A stretch of 37,365 bases of DNA, taken from an uncultured Candidatus Saccharibacteria bacterium. Lineage in GTDB: Bacteria > Patescibacteriota > Dojkabacteria > SC72. The stretch spans positions 1-37,365 of the forward strand of contig CAZAQC010000004.1 of the NCBI GenBank assembly GCA_964487525.1. Direction: 5' to 3'. Of this stretch, positions 9,245 to 16,915 are shown in pieces. The notes under the pieces were generated by a model. That model did not search any database. It saw only the letters and a program-made list of their open reading frames with translations, and was not told where the DNA came from. Position 1 is the stretch's first letter; every line of letters starts with the position of its first letter. A program made the position numbers and the translations under genes.

Positions 9245-9316
9245 TCCGCGATAGCTCAATGGTAGAGCAAACGACTGTTAATCGTTCGGTTCCAGGTTCG
9301 AGTCCTGGTCGCGGAG
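9245..9316 (+). tRNA. tRNA-Asn (anticodon GTT)
   Basis: Folded by hand: 7-bp acceptor TCCGCGA/TCGCGGA, D-arm GCTC/GAGC, anticodon stem AACGA/TCGTT with loop CTGTTAA, T-arm CCAGG-TTCGAGT-CCTGG. No encoded CCA. Confidence 0.92.
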
Positions 9317-9319
9317 TTT

Positions 9320-9544
9320 TTAAGCGTCTATACTTCCATCATCAAAATGTTCAACCTTTAATACTAGATTGGGTTTAACACCTGCTATTGCAGGTAATAA
9401 GTGATTCAAGAATTGTTCAGAAGTCATTCTGAATTTCCTTCCTTTTGCAGATATTTTTACCCAATCTTGTTTATCTTTATAATACTTCTCTGTAAAATTC
9501 TTTGTCCCCATATATATTACATATGTGTCATTCTTAAGGTTCAT
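9320..9544 (-). CDS. Hypothetical small protein (74 aa)
   Basis: ORF with ATG start and coding-like composition. No recognisable motif. Confidence 0.45.
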   Translation of the reverse strand: MNLKNDTYVIYMGTKNFTEKYYKDKQDWVKISAKGRKFRMTSEQFLNHLLPAIAGVKPNLVLKVEHFDDGSIDA

Positions 9545-9623
9545 GTTTAAAATACTTTGAAAAATTATCCTTATTAATTATATCTCAAGTAGATGACCTA
9601 CCCCCATGATATAATTAATATAT

Positions 9624-9857
9624 ATGAATACCAAAACAATAACAGGACAAATATATACTAAAGCAATGGAATTACTTGAAAAATATCCTGAAGGTTTACA
9701 TTGGTCAGAATTAATCTTACAAATTAGAAAATCATACCCTACATTTCATCCTAAAACAGTTAATGGTTGTATATGGAAACTTGTAGAAAAATTTCCTGAT
9801 CATGTATATAAACCAGAGAAAGGACTCTTCCGTTTACTAAAGTATAAATCAAGTTAA
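9624..9857 (+). CDS. Small winged-helix (Mrr-N/HARE-like) putative DNA-binding protein (77 aa)
   Basis: The pattern ...HWSELILQIRKSYPTFHPKTVNGCIWKLVEKFPDHVYKPEKGLFRL matches stand-alone wHTH modules. TGaTATAAT ends 8 nt upstream of the ATG. Confidence 0.5.
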   Translation: MNTKTITGQIYTKAMELLEKYPEGLHWSELILQIRKSYPTFHPKTVNGCIWKLVEKFPDHVYKPEKGLFRLLKYKSS

Positions 9858-9941
9858 TTCCCGAAATGTATTTCTAACCCCCTTCTTGCCTATATAATAA
9901 TAATATGTAATCATACTTATTATTTCTACATATTAAATACT

Positions 9942-10529
9942 ATGAAAGAAAACATTTTAGAAAAGATAAAAGAAAGTATTTTTGAAATTTCTGAAAAGAA
10001 TGAAGCAATTATCAAGCTTGCAGAATTAAGAAAAAATGTAACTGAAACATTGGATGAATATATTAATAAGTTCTTAGAAGAGAAACAAATTGTTAAACGA
10101 ATTAAGTATCCTAAGATAAAATTCAATTTGAAATATTTACTTAGTGTTCCATTTATATATTCCATGATTATTCCTACAGTAATACTTCATCTATTTGTTC
10201 AGATATATCAGCAGGTTTGCTTTAGATTATATGGTATTCCAACAGTGAACCAAAATGAATATCTTGTGTATGACAGACAATTACTAAGTTTGTTAAATCC
10301 TATTGAGAAATTCAATTGTATATATTGTAGCTATGTGAATAATATATTTAGATTCAGCACAGAGATTGGTGCTAGAACTGAAAGATATTGGTGCCCTATT
10401 AAATATTACAGAAGAATGGATCATGAACACTCTCAATATGACAAATTCGTAAAAGATGCTGATTCCAGAGGAGAAATACAAGAGAAATGGGAAGAGCTTA
10501 GAGATTTTTCTGATTTAGAAGAAAAATAG
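9942..10529 (+). CDS. Conserved-looking membrane protein with CxxC ... YWCPIKY motif, function unknown
   Basis: 195 aa: coiled N-terminus, one TM (VPFIYSMIIPTVILHLFVQIY), then NCIYCSYVNNIFRFSTEIGARTERYWCPIKY. From memory this resembles a widespread uncharacterised family. Not verifiable here. Confidence 0.55.
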   Translation: MKENILEKIKESIFEISEKNEAIIKLAELRKNVTETLDEYINKFLEEKQIVKRIKYPKIKFNLKYLLSVPFIYSMIIPTVILHLFVQIYQQVCFRLYGIPTVNQNEYLVYDRQLLSLLNPIEKFNCIYCSYVNNIFRFSTEIGARTERYWCPIKYYRRMDHEHSQYDKFVKDADSRGEIQEKWEELRDFSDLEEK

Positions 10530-10568
10530 AAAATTGACTCAGGTATATTTTTAATATAGCATTAAGAT

Positions 10569-10886
10569 ATGACAAAGAATCCTTTTCTGAATTCATTTGC
10601 TGCTAGCGTATATATTGTATTGGTTGTCTCTTTACTAAACTTTACAACCATGAGCGAATCTACTCCTGATTCAGACTCTGCTTCTATAATTATCCCAATA
10701 ATGATAATCTCACTATTCACTCTCTCTGCCGCTGTAATGGCATATGTGTTTTGTTATCAACCATTAATGTTGTATCTAGATGGGAAAAAGGAACAAGCAG
10801 TAAAACTCTTTTTACAAACATTGGGAATTTTTGGTTGTATGACTCTATTAGGATTTGGACTATTTATTGCAGGAGTTTTTTCCTAA
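10569..10886 (+). CDS. Small three-TM membrane protein (105 aa)
   Basis: Three hydrophobic segments. No motif recognised. Confidence 0.5.
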   Translation: MTKNPFLNSFAASVYIVLVVSLLNFTTMSESTPDSDSASIIIPIMIISLFTLSAAVMAYVFCYQPLMLYLDGKKEQAVKLFLQTLGIFGCMTLLGFGLFIAGVFS

Positions 10887-10954
10887 TTCTTTGTAAGGTT
10901 TTTTTTATAATTTCCAATATACTTAAACACACATATTTGCTATCATTATTCTTA

Positions 10955-13243
10955 ATGAAACTACACAAAAAGATAAAAAAATATCACATACTGTTTTCAA
11001 TCGCTACCCTACTATCCCTTTTTACCCTATTCTTTTTCTTTAGTAATATCCATCTTAAAAATCTTTTTAATGAAAAACCATCTGATGTTGTAGTAGCAAA
11101 CATATCAACCATAGAGGCACAAATATATTGGAAAACTGGAATAGATGAAATAAATACAATATCTTTTAAGAAATCATCCGATACAGGACTCTTTTCTGAA
11201 ATAGAAGGCTTTTCATCTTACACAGACAGTATTTCTAAAGAAAGAATCAATGTTGTTCAATTAGGAGATCTCGAACCAAATACTGAGTATACATTTAGAA
11301 TAGAGTCAGAAAAGAAGATGTGGGATTCGTATACATTTAAGACTAAAGATATAGCAGAGGAAGTCTTTTTACCAAATATTGTAACAGGAAAAGATAATGA
11401 TCAATCCTTTGTTCTTGTAGATATTGAAGGTGACAAGTATATGCTAAATACACAGTATCACGGTACATGGGCATTTGATTCTCAAAACAAGGAATATGAT
11501 GTTTCAACCTATGCTAATTACATTTCTGAAACAGAGTTGCAAAGTAGACTATTAAATTTATTAGGTTCTCCTGTATATGCACAAGCTGGAGCTAACTGTA
11601 AAACTAATGTAAAGATTAATACAGGATCAACTACTCCAAGCAAAGCTACTGTTGTTGATATCCTAAATAGATGGGTAAGTAGCTGTAAATTGGGAGGCTA
11701 TCCAGATGAGTGCTATGAAGATATATACTGTAGAGCTTTAAAGGCGGGTGTGAATCCAGCATTTGCCATAACAATTTGGTCTAATGAATCAGGTGGAAGT
11801 AATTATGCAAACAATTCTCAAGTTGAAGATTTTGGTATTCATGGACTATCCTCTGTTCCAGTAGCGAATTTTGATAAACAAGCAGATCATTTTCTAAATA
11901 ATATTGCTTCCAATTCTTCCTCATACATATCTGGATGTACTGGAGGAAATCAAATGTATAGTTGGGGAGCAAAATTCTTAACAGGTGGTTGTACAAGCGC
12001 CTCAAGTTTAGATAGTGGGCAAAAATATATGACTGGGATATCAGAGGTATATAGTTGGTATACAAATACTCCATTAACATGGCCATTTACAATATCTGCC
12101 TCATCCTCATGTGACTATTCATCTTCCACTACCAATACAACATATAATTCATGCTCAGCAAAAGGAACCCCAACATCTGCACCTTCAGATACTCCAGGAT
12201 CAACTGGCACAAGAGATTACATGATAGTTTCTGGAACTGGTGTTACTGCAAAAGACAGAAACTGTAAAGATCCTGATGGCTGTATATGTCTCTATGGATA
12301 TTCAAATAGTAGGGCCTCTGCAACCCTTAATATAGATAATGGATATACATGTACTGTAGACCAAAAGGTTGTAAAAACATCGGCTACTGCCGCCTCCACT
12401 TCCACGACTACTGATAAACCTGCAAAGAAATCAGACGGTATAAAAGACTACATGATAGTTTCTGGTACTGGGGTCACTGCAAAAGACAGAGCATGCATAG
12501 ATCCAGATGGTTGTATATGTCTTTATGGATATTCAAATAGTAGGGCCTCAGCGACATTAACAATAAAGTATGGGTATACCTGTACTGTTGATAAAAAGGT
12601 CATATTAACTCCGGAAAAAATTTGTTGCTACTCAAATAATTCCCTTACCTTTGTTGCATCCACAAGCTGTACAGGAACTATTCTTGAAGGTATTGCCCAA
12701 GAAAATTGTAAGAGCTCTAACAAAACTCTCTCCATTAAAAGAGGTATTGATTTCATAGAAGCATCATATGTTGTAAATAAAGAACAAGTACCAATCAGTA
12801 CTGCGAGATCTCTTCTTACTTACTCTAGTGGTAAAATATTAGCAATAGGATTGTTTAGAAATGATAGATGGGAAAAAATCATAAAAAGTGAAAATGGTAC
12901 TATTAGTGGACAAGATTTCAATCTTGAACCTGGAGAATCATATCTTGTAGTATCTACTGAAGATATTGATATTCCAATAGTGACAGTAAAGGTAGATAAG
13001 ATACTCGAACTTGATAAACTAACAGGTTGGAACTTAATTCCATCTTCTCTCTTTACTAATGTATCTTCTAATTCCAAATCAATATTACAAAATACTGAAT
13101 ATACATATATTAATCAAATAGCTCTCTGGAACGATGAAATTAGTATTTTTGATTACACTCTCAGAGATAATTCCGGAACTATATATGGGGATTCTCTTTC
13201 AGTTCTTGATCAAGAAGGGTTCTTTGTGAAAATACCTCAATAG
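10955..13243 (+). CDS. Large anchored surface protein: FN3-like domain, GH73-like (glucosaminidase/lysozyme-like) domain, two Cys-rich modules, C-terminal beta-rich domain
   Basis: The track ORF starts at TTG 10751, overlapping the previous gene. ATG 10955 (MKLHKKIKKYHILFSIATLLSLFTLFFFF) gives a signal/anchor and 762 aa. FN3-like segment: PSDVVVANISTIEAQIYWKT...LEPNTEYTFRIES. GH73-like segment: AGVNPAFAITIWSNESGGSNYANNSQVEDFGIHG. S/T-rich linkers are present. Confidence 0.7.
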   Translation: MKLHKKIKKYHILFSIATLLSLFTLFFFFSNIHLKNLFNEKPSDVVVANISTIEAQIYWKTGIDEINTISFKKSSDTGLFSEIEGFSSYTDSISKERINVVQLGDLEPNTEYTFRIESEKKMWDSYTFKTKDIAEEVFLPNIVTGKDNDQSFVLVDIEGDKYMLNTQYHGTWAFDSQNKEYDVSTYANYISETELQSRLLNLLGSPVYAQAGANCKTNVKINTGSTTPSKATVVDILNRWVSSCKLGGYPDECYEDIYCRALKAGVNPAFAITIWSNESGGSNYANNSQVEDFGIHGLSSVPVANFDKQADHFLNNIASNSSSYISGCTGGNQMYSWGAKFLTGGCTSASSLDSGQKYMTGISEVYSWYTNTPLTWPFTISASSSCDYSSSTTNTTYNSCSAKGTPTSAPSDTPGSTGTRDYMIVSGTGVTAKDRNCKDPDGCICLYGYSNSRASATLNIDNGYTCTVDQKVVKTSATAASTSTTTDKPAKKSDGIKDYMIVSGTGVTAKDRACIDPDGCICLYGYSNSRASATLTIKYGYTCTVDKKVILTPEKICCYSNNSLTFVASTSCTGTILEGIAQENCKSSNKTLSIKRGIDFIEASYVVNKEQVPISTARSLLTYSSGKILAIGLFRNDRWEKIIKSENGTISGQDFNLEPGESYLVVSTEDIDIPIVTVKVDKILELDKLTGWNLIPSSLFTNVSSNSKSILQNTEYTYINQIALWNDEISIFDYTLRDNSGTIYGDSLSVLDQEGFFVKIPQ
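12215..12601 (+). repeat. Intragenic tandem duplication, 231-nt period (copies 12215..12372 and 12446..12601)
   Basis: The copies encode DYMIVSGTGVTAKDRnCkDPDGCICLYGYSNSRASATLnIdnGYTCTVDqKV and DYMIVSGTGVTAKDRaCiDPDGCICLYGYSNSRASATLtIkyGYTCTVDkKV. About 23 nt differences yield only 6 aa differences. Confidence 0.9.
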
Positions 13244-13259
13244 TTTTTTCTATATGACC

Positions 13260-13295
13260 TTGACAGAATTAGCACTCGGTGGTACCATTTGCTAT
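13260..13295 (+). promoter_or_regulatory. Promoter-like TTGACA/TACCAT overlapped by a CIRCE-like (HrcA operator-like) inverted repeat upstream of hsp20
   Basis: TTGACA at 13260..13265, a 17-nt spacer, then TACCAT. TTAGCACTC-N9-ATTTGCTAT at 13269..13295 compared with the CIRCE consensus TTAGCACTC-N9-GAGTGCTAA: left arm 9/9, right arm 5/9. Confidence 0.4.
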
Positions 13296-13319
13296 ATTTA
13301 ACTTTTCAATTATAAAATT

Positions 13320-13772
13320 ATGAAAATTATAAAAAGAGAAGATAATAAAAGAGCATATCCATCTAACTATGTTCCTGTAAGATCAATGTTTGATGAATTC
13401 TTTACTCCTACTATATGGGATGATTTTTTCACAAATCAACCTTCCTTTAGTAATCTCTCAGCAGATATATGGGAAGAGAAAAATGATATATTCGTGAAGA
13501 TGGCTTTACCTGGAGTTAATAAAGAAGACATAAAGATATCTATAAACGAAGATAATCTTTCAATAACTGGACAAAGTAAAATGGTAGAAGAAGAAAAAGA
13601 GAAAGAGAGGAAGTACTACTTTAAAAGCATGGATAGCTCTTTTGAACAATCATTTAACTTACCTACAAAGGTAAATCCTGATTCAGTAGAAGCAGAATTT
13701 AAGGATGGGGTTTTAACAGTAAAACTTCCAAAAGCAGACGAAGTTAAACCTAGGGAAATAGAAATCAAGTAA
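13320..13772 (+). CDS. Small heat-shock protein, Hsp20/alpha-crystallin family
   Basis: 150 aa with an alpha-crystallin domain: ADIWEEKNDIFVKMALPGVNKEDIKISINEDNLSITGQ...FEQSFNLPTKVNPDSVEAEFKDGVLTVKLPK. Confidence 0.9.
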   Translation: MKIIKREDNKRAYPSNYVPVRSMFDEFFTPTIWDDFFTNQPSFSNLSADIWEEKNDIFVKMALPGVNKEDIKISINEDNLSITGQSKMVEEEKEKERKYYFKSMDSSFEQSFNLPTKVNPDSVEAEFKDGVLTVKLPKADEVKPREIEIK

Positions 13773-13792
13773 TTCCTTCCCATAATACTACG

Positions 13793-13823
13793 AAAGGGGC
13801 TTGCAACATAAGCCCCTTTTTGT
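13793..13823 (+). terminator. Intrinsic terminator of hsp20
   Basis: AAAGGGGCTT-gcaacat-AAGCCCCTTT followed by TTGT. Confidence 0.85.
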
Positions 13824-13833
13824 ATAATGAGGA

Positions 13834-14529
13834 ATGTTGGATAAAAAAGATATAACAGAAACAAACAAAATTCCTCCTGTTCTAGATACGGCTAGGAATA
13901 TTGTGGAGTACAGAATATCAACAAGTACAAACAGAGGATACATATCATGGCAAAATGAGTTATTAGAAAAGATTGAACTATTTCCTAGACTTGGAGTAAC
14001 AAAATCAAACTGGCTTAAAGGAATTATTGGAGAATCTCTATTCTATGAATCCGCCCTTTTCTCAAATATACCAATAAGAATATCTAATGGGAAAGAAGAT
14101 AGATTTGGAACCGATTTCTTTCTTCTTGATTATCCAATAGACGTAACAACTGATCCTACTGACTCAAGAAAAAAAATTGATCCAAGAAATTGTACCACCC
14201 TATTTCTCCCAGAATATATTGGACAAAGAAGTATATTTAACGAAGAAGATTATGGGACTCAAGGAGAAAAATATCTGCATCACTATCTTACAAATCCTTC
14301 TTTACCTAATGAGGAATATTTAATAGATACATATTTCATAAATTATGAAATATCCAATCTAATGGAGGAGGAGATTGATTCTAAGATTAAACTTCCTTTC
14401 TTAAAAAATTCTGGAGAAAACAATCTATGCAATCTTAGAACTATTCTTAATATACTTGAAGATTCTATTCCCTGGCATCCTTTAGAAGCTCCAATAACAG
14501 ATCACCCTGTTCCTGTGTTGCTAACCTAG
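13834..14529 (+). CDS. Hypothetical protein (231 aa)
   Basis: ORF with ATG 5 nt after a TGTATAAT element. No recognisable motif. The last 65 nt are antisense to the 3' end of the CapA-like gene, so the true C-terminus is uncertain. Confidence 0.45.
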   Translation: MLDKKDITETNKIPPVLDTARNIVEYRISTSTNRGYISWQNELLEKIELFPRLGVTKSNWLKGIIGESLFYESALFSNIPIRISNGKEDRFGTDFFLLDYPIDVTTDPTDSRKKIDPRNCTTLFLPEYIGQRSIFNEEDYGTQGEKYLHHYLTNPSLPNEEYLIDTYFINYEISNLMEEEIDSKIKLPFLKNSGENNLCNLRTILNILEDSIPWHPLEAPITDHPVPVLLT

Positions 14530-16156
14530 GTATTAAATCGCTTCCTAAAAATATCGGGACTAATTTAGTTTGGATATGCTCTCCCTTGTAAAAATAGAGA
14601 GTAAGAATCAACCCCTGCCTTGTACCAATCCACATATTTTGATCAAAATACAAATTACCTAATCCGTAATATATAACTCCATTTCCATACAGTTCATATG
14701 TCTGAGGTTGATGTGCCTGTGTACCAACAACTATATTAGCACCATAATCTATGGCTTTTCTAAAGACATCTCTCTGATCGGGATTACTTAATGGTTTATA
14801 ACAAATCGGATATATTACATCTGAATCTGGATAGCTATAGCACTCTTGAAATTGGAATGTAACAATCACAATACTAGCATTCTTTTTGGCTTCCTCTATA
14901 TCACTTTTGACCTTTTCATCTGAATAGTAATTAGCTCCCGATCTCTCCTCTCCTGCTAAAGCTAAACTTCTATATATAGTATCGTAATAGTTATATCCCA
15001 CAAATGCTATCTTTGTACCCTTAACCTCCTCGTAAAGAATCTTGCTAGCATCTACCTCATCTAAACCTCCACCAAAATATCTCATACCCAAACTTTTGTA
15101 CTTCTCTATGGTTTCCGCACTATATATACTCCCATAATCATTGTTATGGTTACCAGTTAATTCAACTATATCTACACCTGAATCTTCCAATACCTTAATA
15201 TATTCTGGCCTTGAGCAAAACCTCATACCAGAGTATGTACTACAACCAGGAACAAAAGAAACTTCATTTGATATATGTGTAAGATCAGCATTAGCCAAAA
15301 AGCCCCCTATCTCCCTTGCTGGATATCCATAATCTCCAGATTTATCTATTTTAGAAGCTAAAGCTCTAGAAATAGCTACTACACCACTCATATTTATCTT
15401 AACCAACTCTTCCATATCAAATACTGTATCTTTACTATCAATATTTTTAACTAATACAGAAAGTATAAAATCATCAACCTTTTTATCTAAAACTGCAAAC
15501 AACCGAATAGGAATACATGCATCAATATCATCAAGATAATACTTTTCATCCATCTTTAAAATCTTTACCCTAAAATCAATATCATCTAAATCTATCAAAC
15601 CAACATTCATATCATCACTTTCTAATACAGTAACTAGCTCTTCATAGCTATTAGAAACGGTAACATCAAGTCCATACTCTTCTTTTAAATAGCTACTATA
15701 TACTGACTCTAATACAAAAATATTGTAATTTTTTAAATCTTCTTCTTTAATACCCTCAAGAAGAGAATATATATGACCAACAGGAATTAACCTTTTACTA
15801 AATATCTCCTTTGAATCTTCCCCTTCTGTTCTTGATAGCTCAATATCTGCATTACCCTCCTCTATTTCAAACCTTCTTTTTCCATTAAATTCCAATTTCT
15901 CCAAATTCTGTATGACAGAGTCTTTGTAATCACTTACTATTGATTCATCAAAAGAAACTGTAAATGTATCATAGATTATTATATTTTTCTTAGAAAAAAC
16001 ATAATCTAATGCTGATGTGAAATTTCTTCCCTCTATTACCCATAAGGCGATAAAAAGAAGGAAAAATGATATAATAAAGGACAGTTTGAATAATGATCCT
16101 ATGTTAGATTTCCTTTTTTCTCTTCTTATTCCACTTATGTATATGTTTTGTCTCAT
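14465..16156 (-). CDS. CapA/PGA_cap-family metallophosphoesterase-like protein with an N-terminal anchor and an uncharacterised N-domain of about 230 aa
   Basis: C-terminal half carries MSGVVAISRAL...ADLTHISNEVSF...VDIVELTGNHNNDYG...GAN-IVVGTQAHQPQ, as in CapA-type proteins. The track start is GTG 16204. ATG 16156 (MRQNIYISGIRREKRKSN plus TM) is preferred but uncertain. Confidence 0.7.
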   Translation of the reverse strand: MRQNIYISGIRREKRKSNIGSLFKLSFIISFFLLFIALWVIEGRNFTSALDYVFSKKNIIIYDTFTVSFDESIVSDYKDSVIQNLEKLEFNGKRRFEIEEGNADIELSRTEGEDSKEIFSKRLIPVGHIYSLLEGIKEEDLKNYNIFVLESVYSSYLKEEYGLDVTVSNSYEELVTVLESDDMNVGLIDLDDIDFRVKILKMDEKYYLDDIDACIPIRLFAVLDKKVDDFILSVLVKNIDSKDTVFDMEELVKINMSGVVAISRALASKIDKSGDYGYPAREIGGFLANADLTHISNEVSFVPGCSTYSGMRFCSRPEYIKVLEDSGVDIVELTGNHNNDYGSIYSAETIEKYKSLGMRYFGGGLDEVDASKILYEEVKGTKIAFVGYNYYDTIYRSLALAGEERSGANYYSDEKVKSDIEEAKKNASIVIVTFQFQECYSYPDSDVIYPICYKPLSNPDQRDVFRKAIDYGANIVVGTQAHQPQTYELYGNGVIYYGLGNLYFDQNMWIGTRQGLILTLYFYKGEHIQTKLVPIFLGSDLIPRLATQEQGDLLLELLKDARE

Positions 16157-16218
16157 TTTCACTAACCATATTAACATAATTTGAAAGCTATACAAACTCC
16201 ACACTATAGGGTATTTTG

Positions 16219-16227
16219 TGGTATAAT
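16219..16227 (+). promoter_or_regulatory. Extended -10 element TGgTATAAT upstream of the GH73-like gene
   Basis: Read directly. The same GTGGTATAAT string recurs at 18640..18649 upstream of carD. Confidence 0.4.
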
Positions 16228-16275
16228 ATATGCTGTATTACTTAATAATTAATATTATTAAACTAGTAACAAAAA

Positions 16276-16866
16276 ATGAATAACCTGCTCATAAAAAGCA
16301 AGAAAACCTTAGCAATAGTAACTGGTATTCTATTCTCAAGTGTTTTAATTAACACTATGTCTGAAAAGATACCTATAAACTATGTTGAGGCAAATCAATC
16401 AAACGGTATAGGTACATCCTCTATTTCTACTTCTGTAGAGGTAGAAGAAAATCTAATTATAAAAGAATTAGTAATAATTCCTGTACCTTCATATGTTCCT
16501 GATGCTCAGAAGATTGAAAATATAAGGGTATACCTTTCTGCAAGAAAAGCTCCATTAGCTGATTATGCAGAAACTTTTGTTAGAGCTGCTGATGAATACG
16601 GTATAGATTACAGAATTGTAGCAGCTATCTCAGTTATTGAATCTGGTGGTGGAAAACATACATTCAGACCATACAATGCATGGGGATGGGGTAAAAAGAC
16701 ATTTACAAGTTGGGAAGAGGGAATTTGGGCAGTATCAAAAGGTATTTCAAATTACTACTCTAGAGGACTTACTACTCCTAAGTTAATCAGTACATACTAC
16801 TGTCCACCAAGTGCAACAAGTTGGGCTAACAAGGTACAATTTGTAATGAATGAAATCGGAAATTAA
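16276..16866 (+). CDS. Secreted small GH73-like / lysozyme-like protein
   Basis: 196 aa with a signal/anchor, then DEYGIDYRIVAAISVIESGGGKHTFRPYNAWGWG. This is the E-[ST]-G-x-G ... N-x-[FW]-G pattern of glucosaminidase-type muramidases. Confidence 0.6.
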   Translation: MNNLLIKSKKTLAIVTGILFSSVLINTMSEKIPINYVEANQSNGIGTSSISTSVEVEENLIIKELVIIPVPSYVPDAQKIENIRVYLSARKAPLADYAETFVRAADEYGIDYRIVAAISVIESGGGKHTFRPYNAWGWGKKTFTSWEEGIWAVSKGISNYYSRGLTTPKLISTYYCPPSATSWANKVQFVMNEIGN

Positions 16867-16869
16867 TAC

Positions 16870-16899
16870 AAAGCCCTAGTATATACTAGGGCTTTTTTT
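16870..16899 (+). terminator. Intrinsic terminator
   Basis: AAAGCCCTAGTA-ta-TACTAGGGCTTT followed by TTTT. Confidence 0.85.
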
Positions 16900-16915
16900 G
16901 TTATATACTTCTCAT

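Noticed and set aside
9245-9941. Integrated mobile element at tRNA-Asn.
   Set aside because: No integrase or recombinase, no direct repeat of the tRNA 3' end found by eye downstream, and no composition change. Kept only as a low-level question in the findings.
12215-12601. Possible diversity-generating retroelement TR/VR pair (two near-identical 156-nt repeats).
   Set aside because: Both copies lie in frame inside one gene. Mismatches are mostly synonymous third-position changes of all types rather than adenine-specific. No reverse transcriptase is present in the window.
13275-13290. T-box-like string GGTGGTACC upstream of hsp20.
   Set aside because: Only the 9-nt core matches. There is no following GCG, no antiterminator/terminator alternative and no Stem I, and the gene is not amino-acid related. 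The CIRCE-like reading explains it better.
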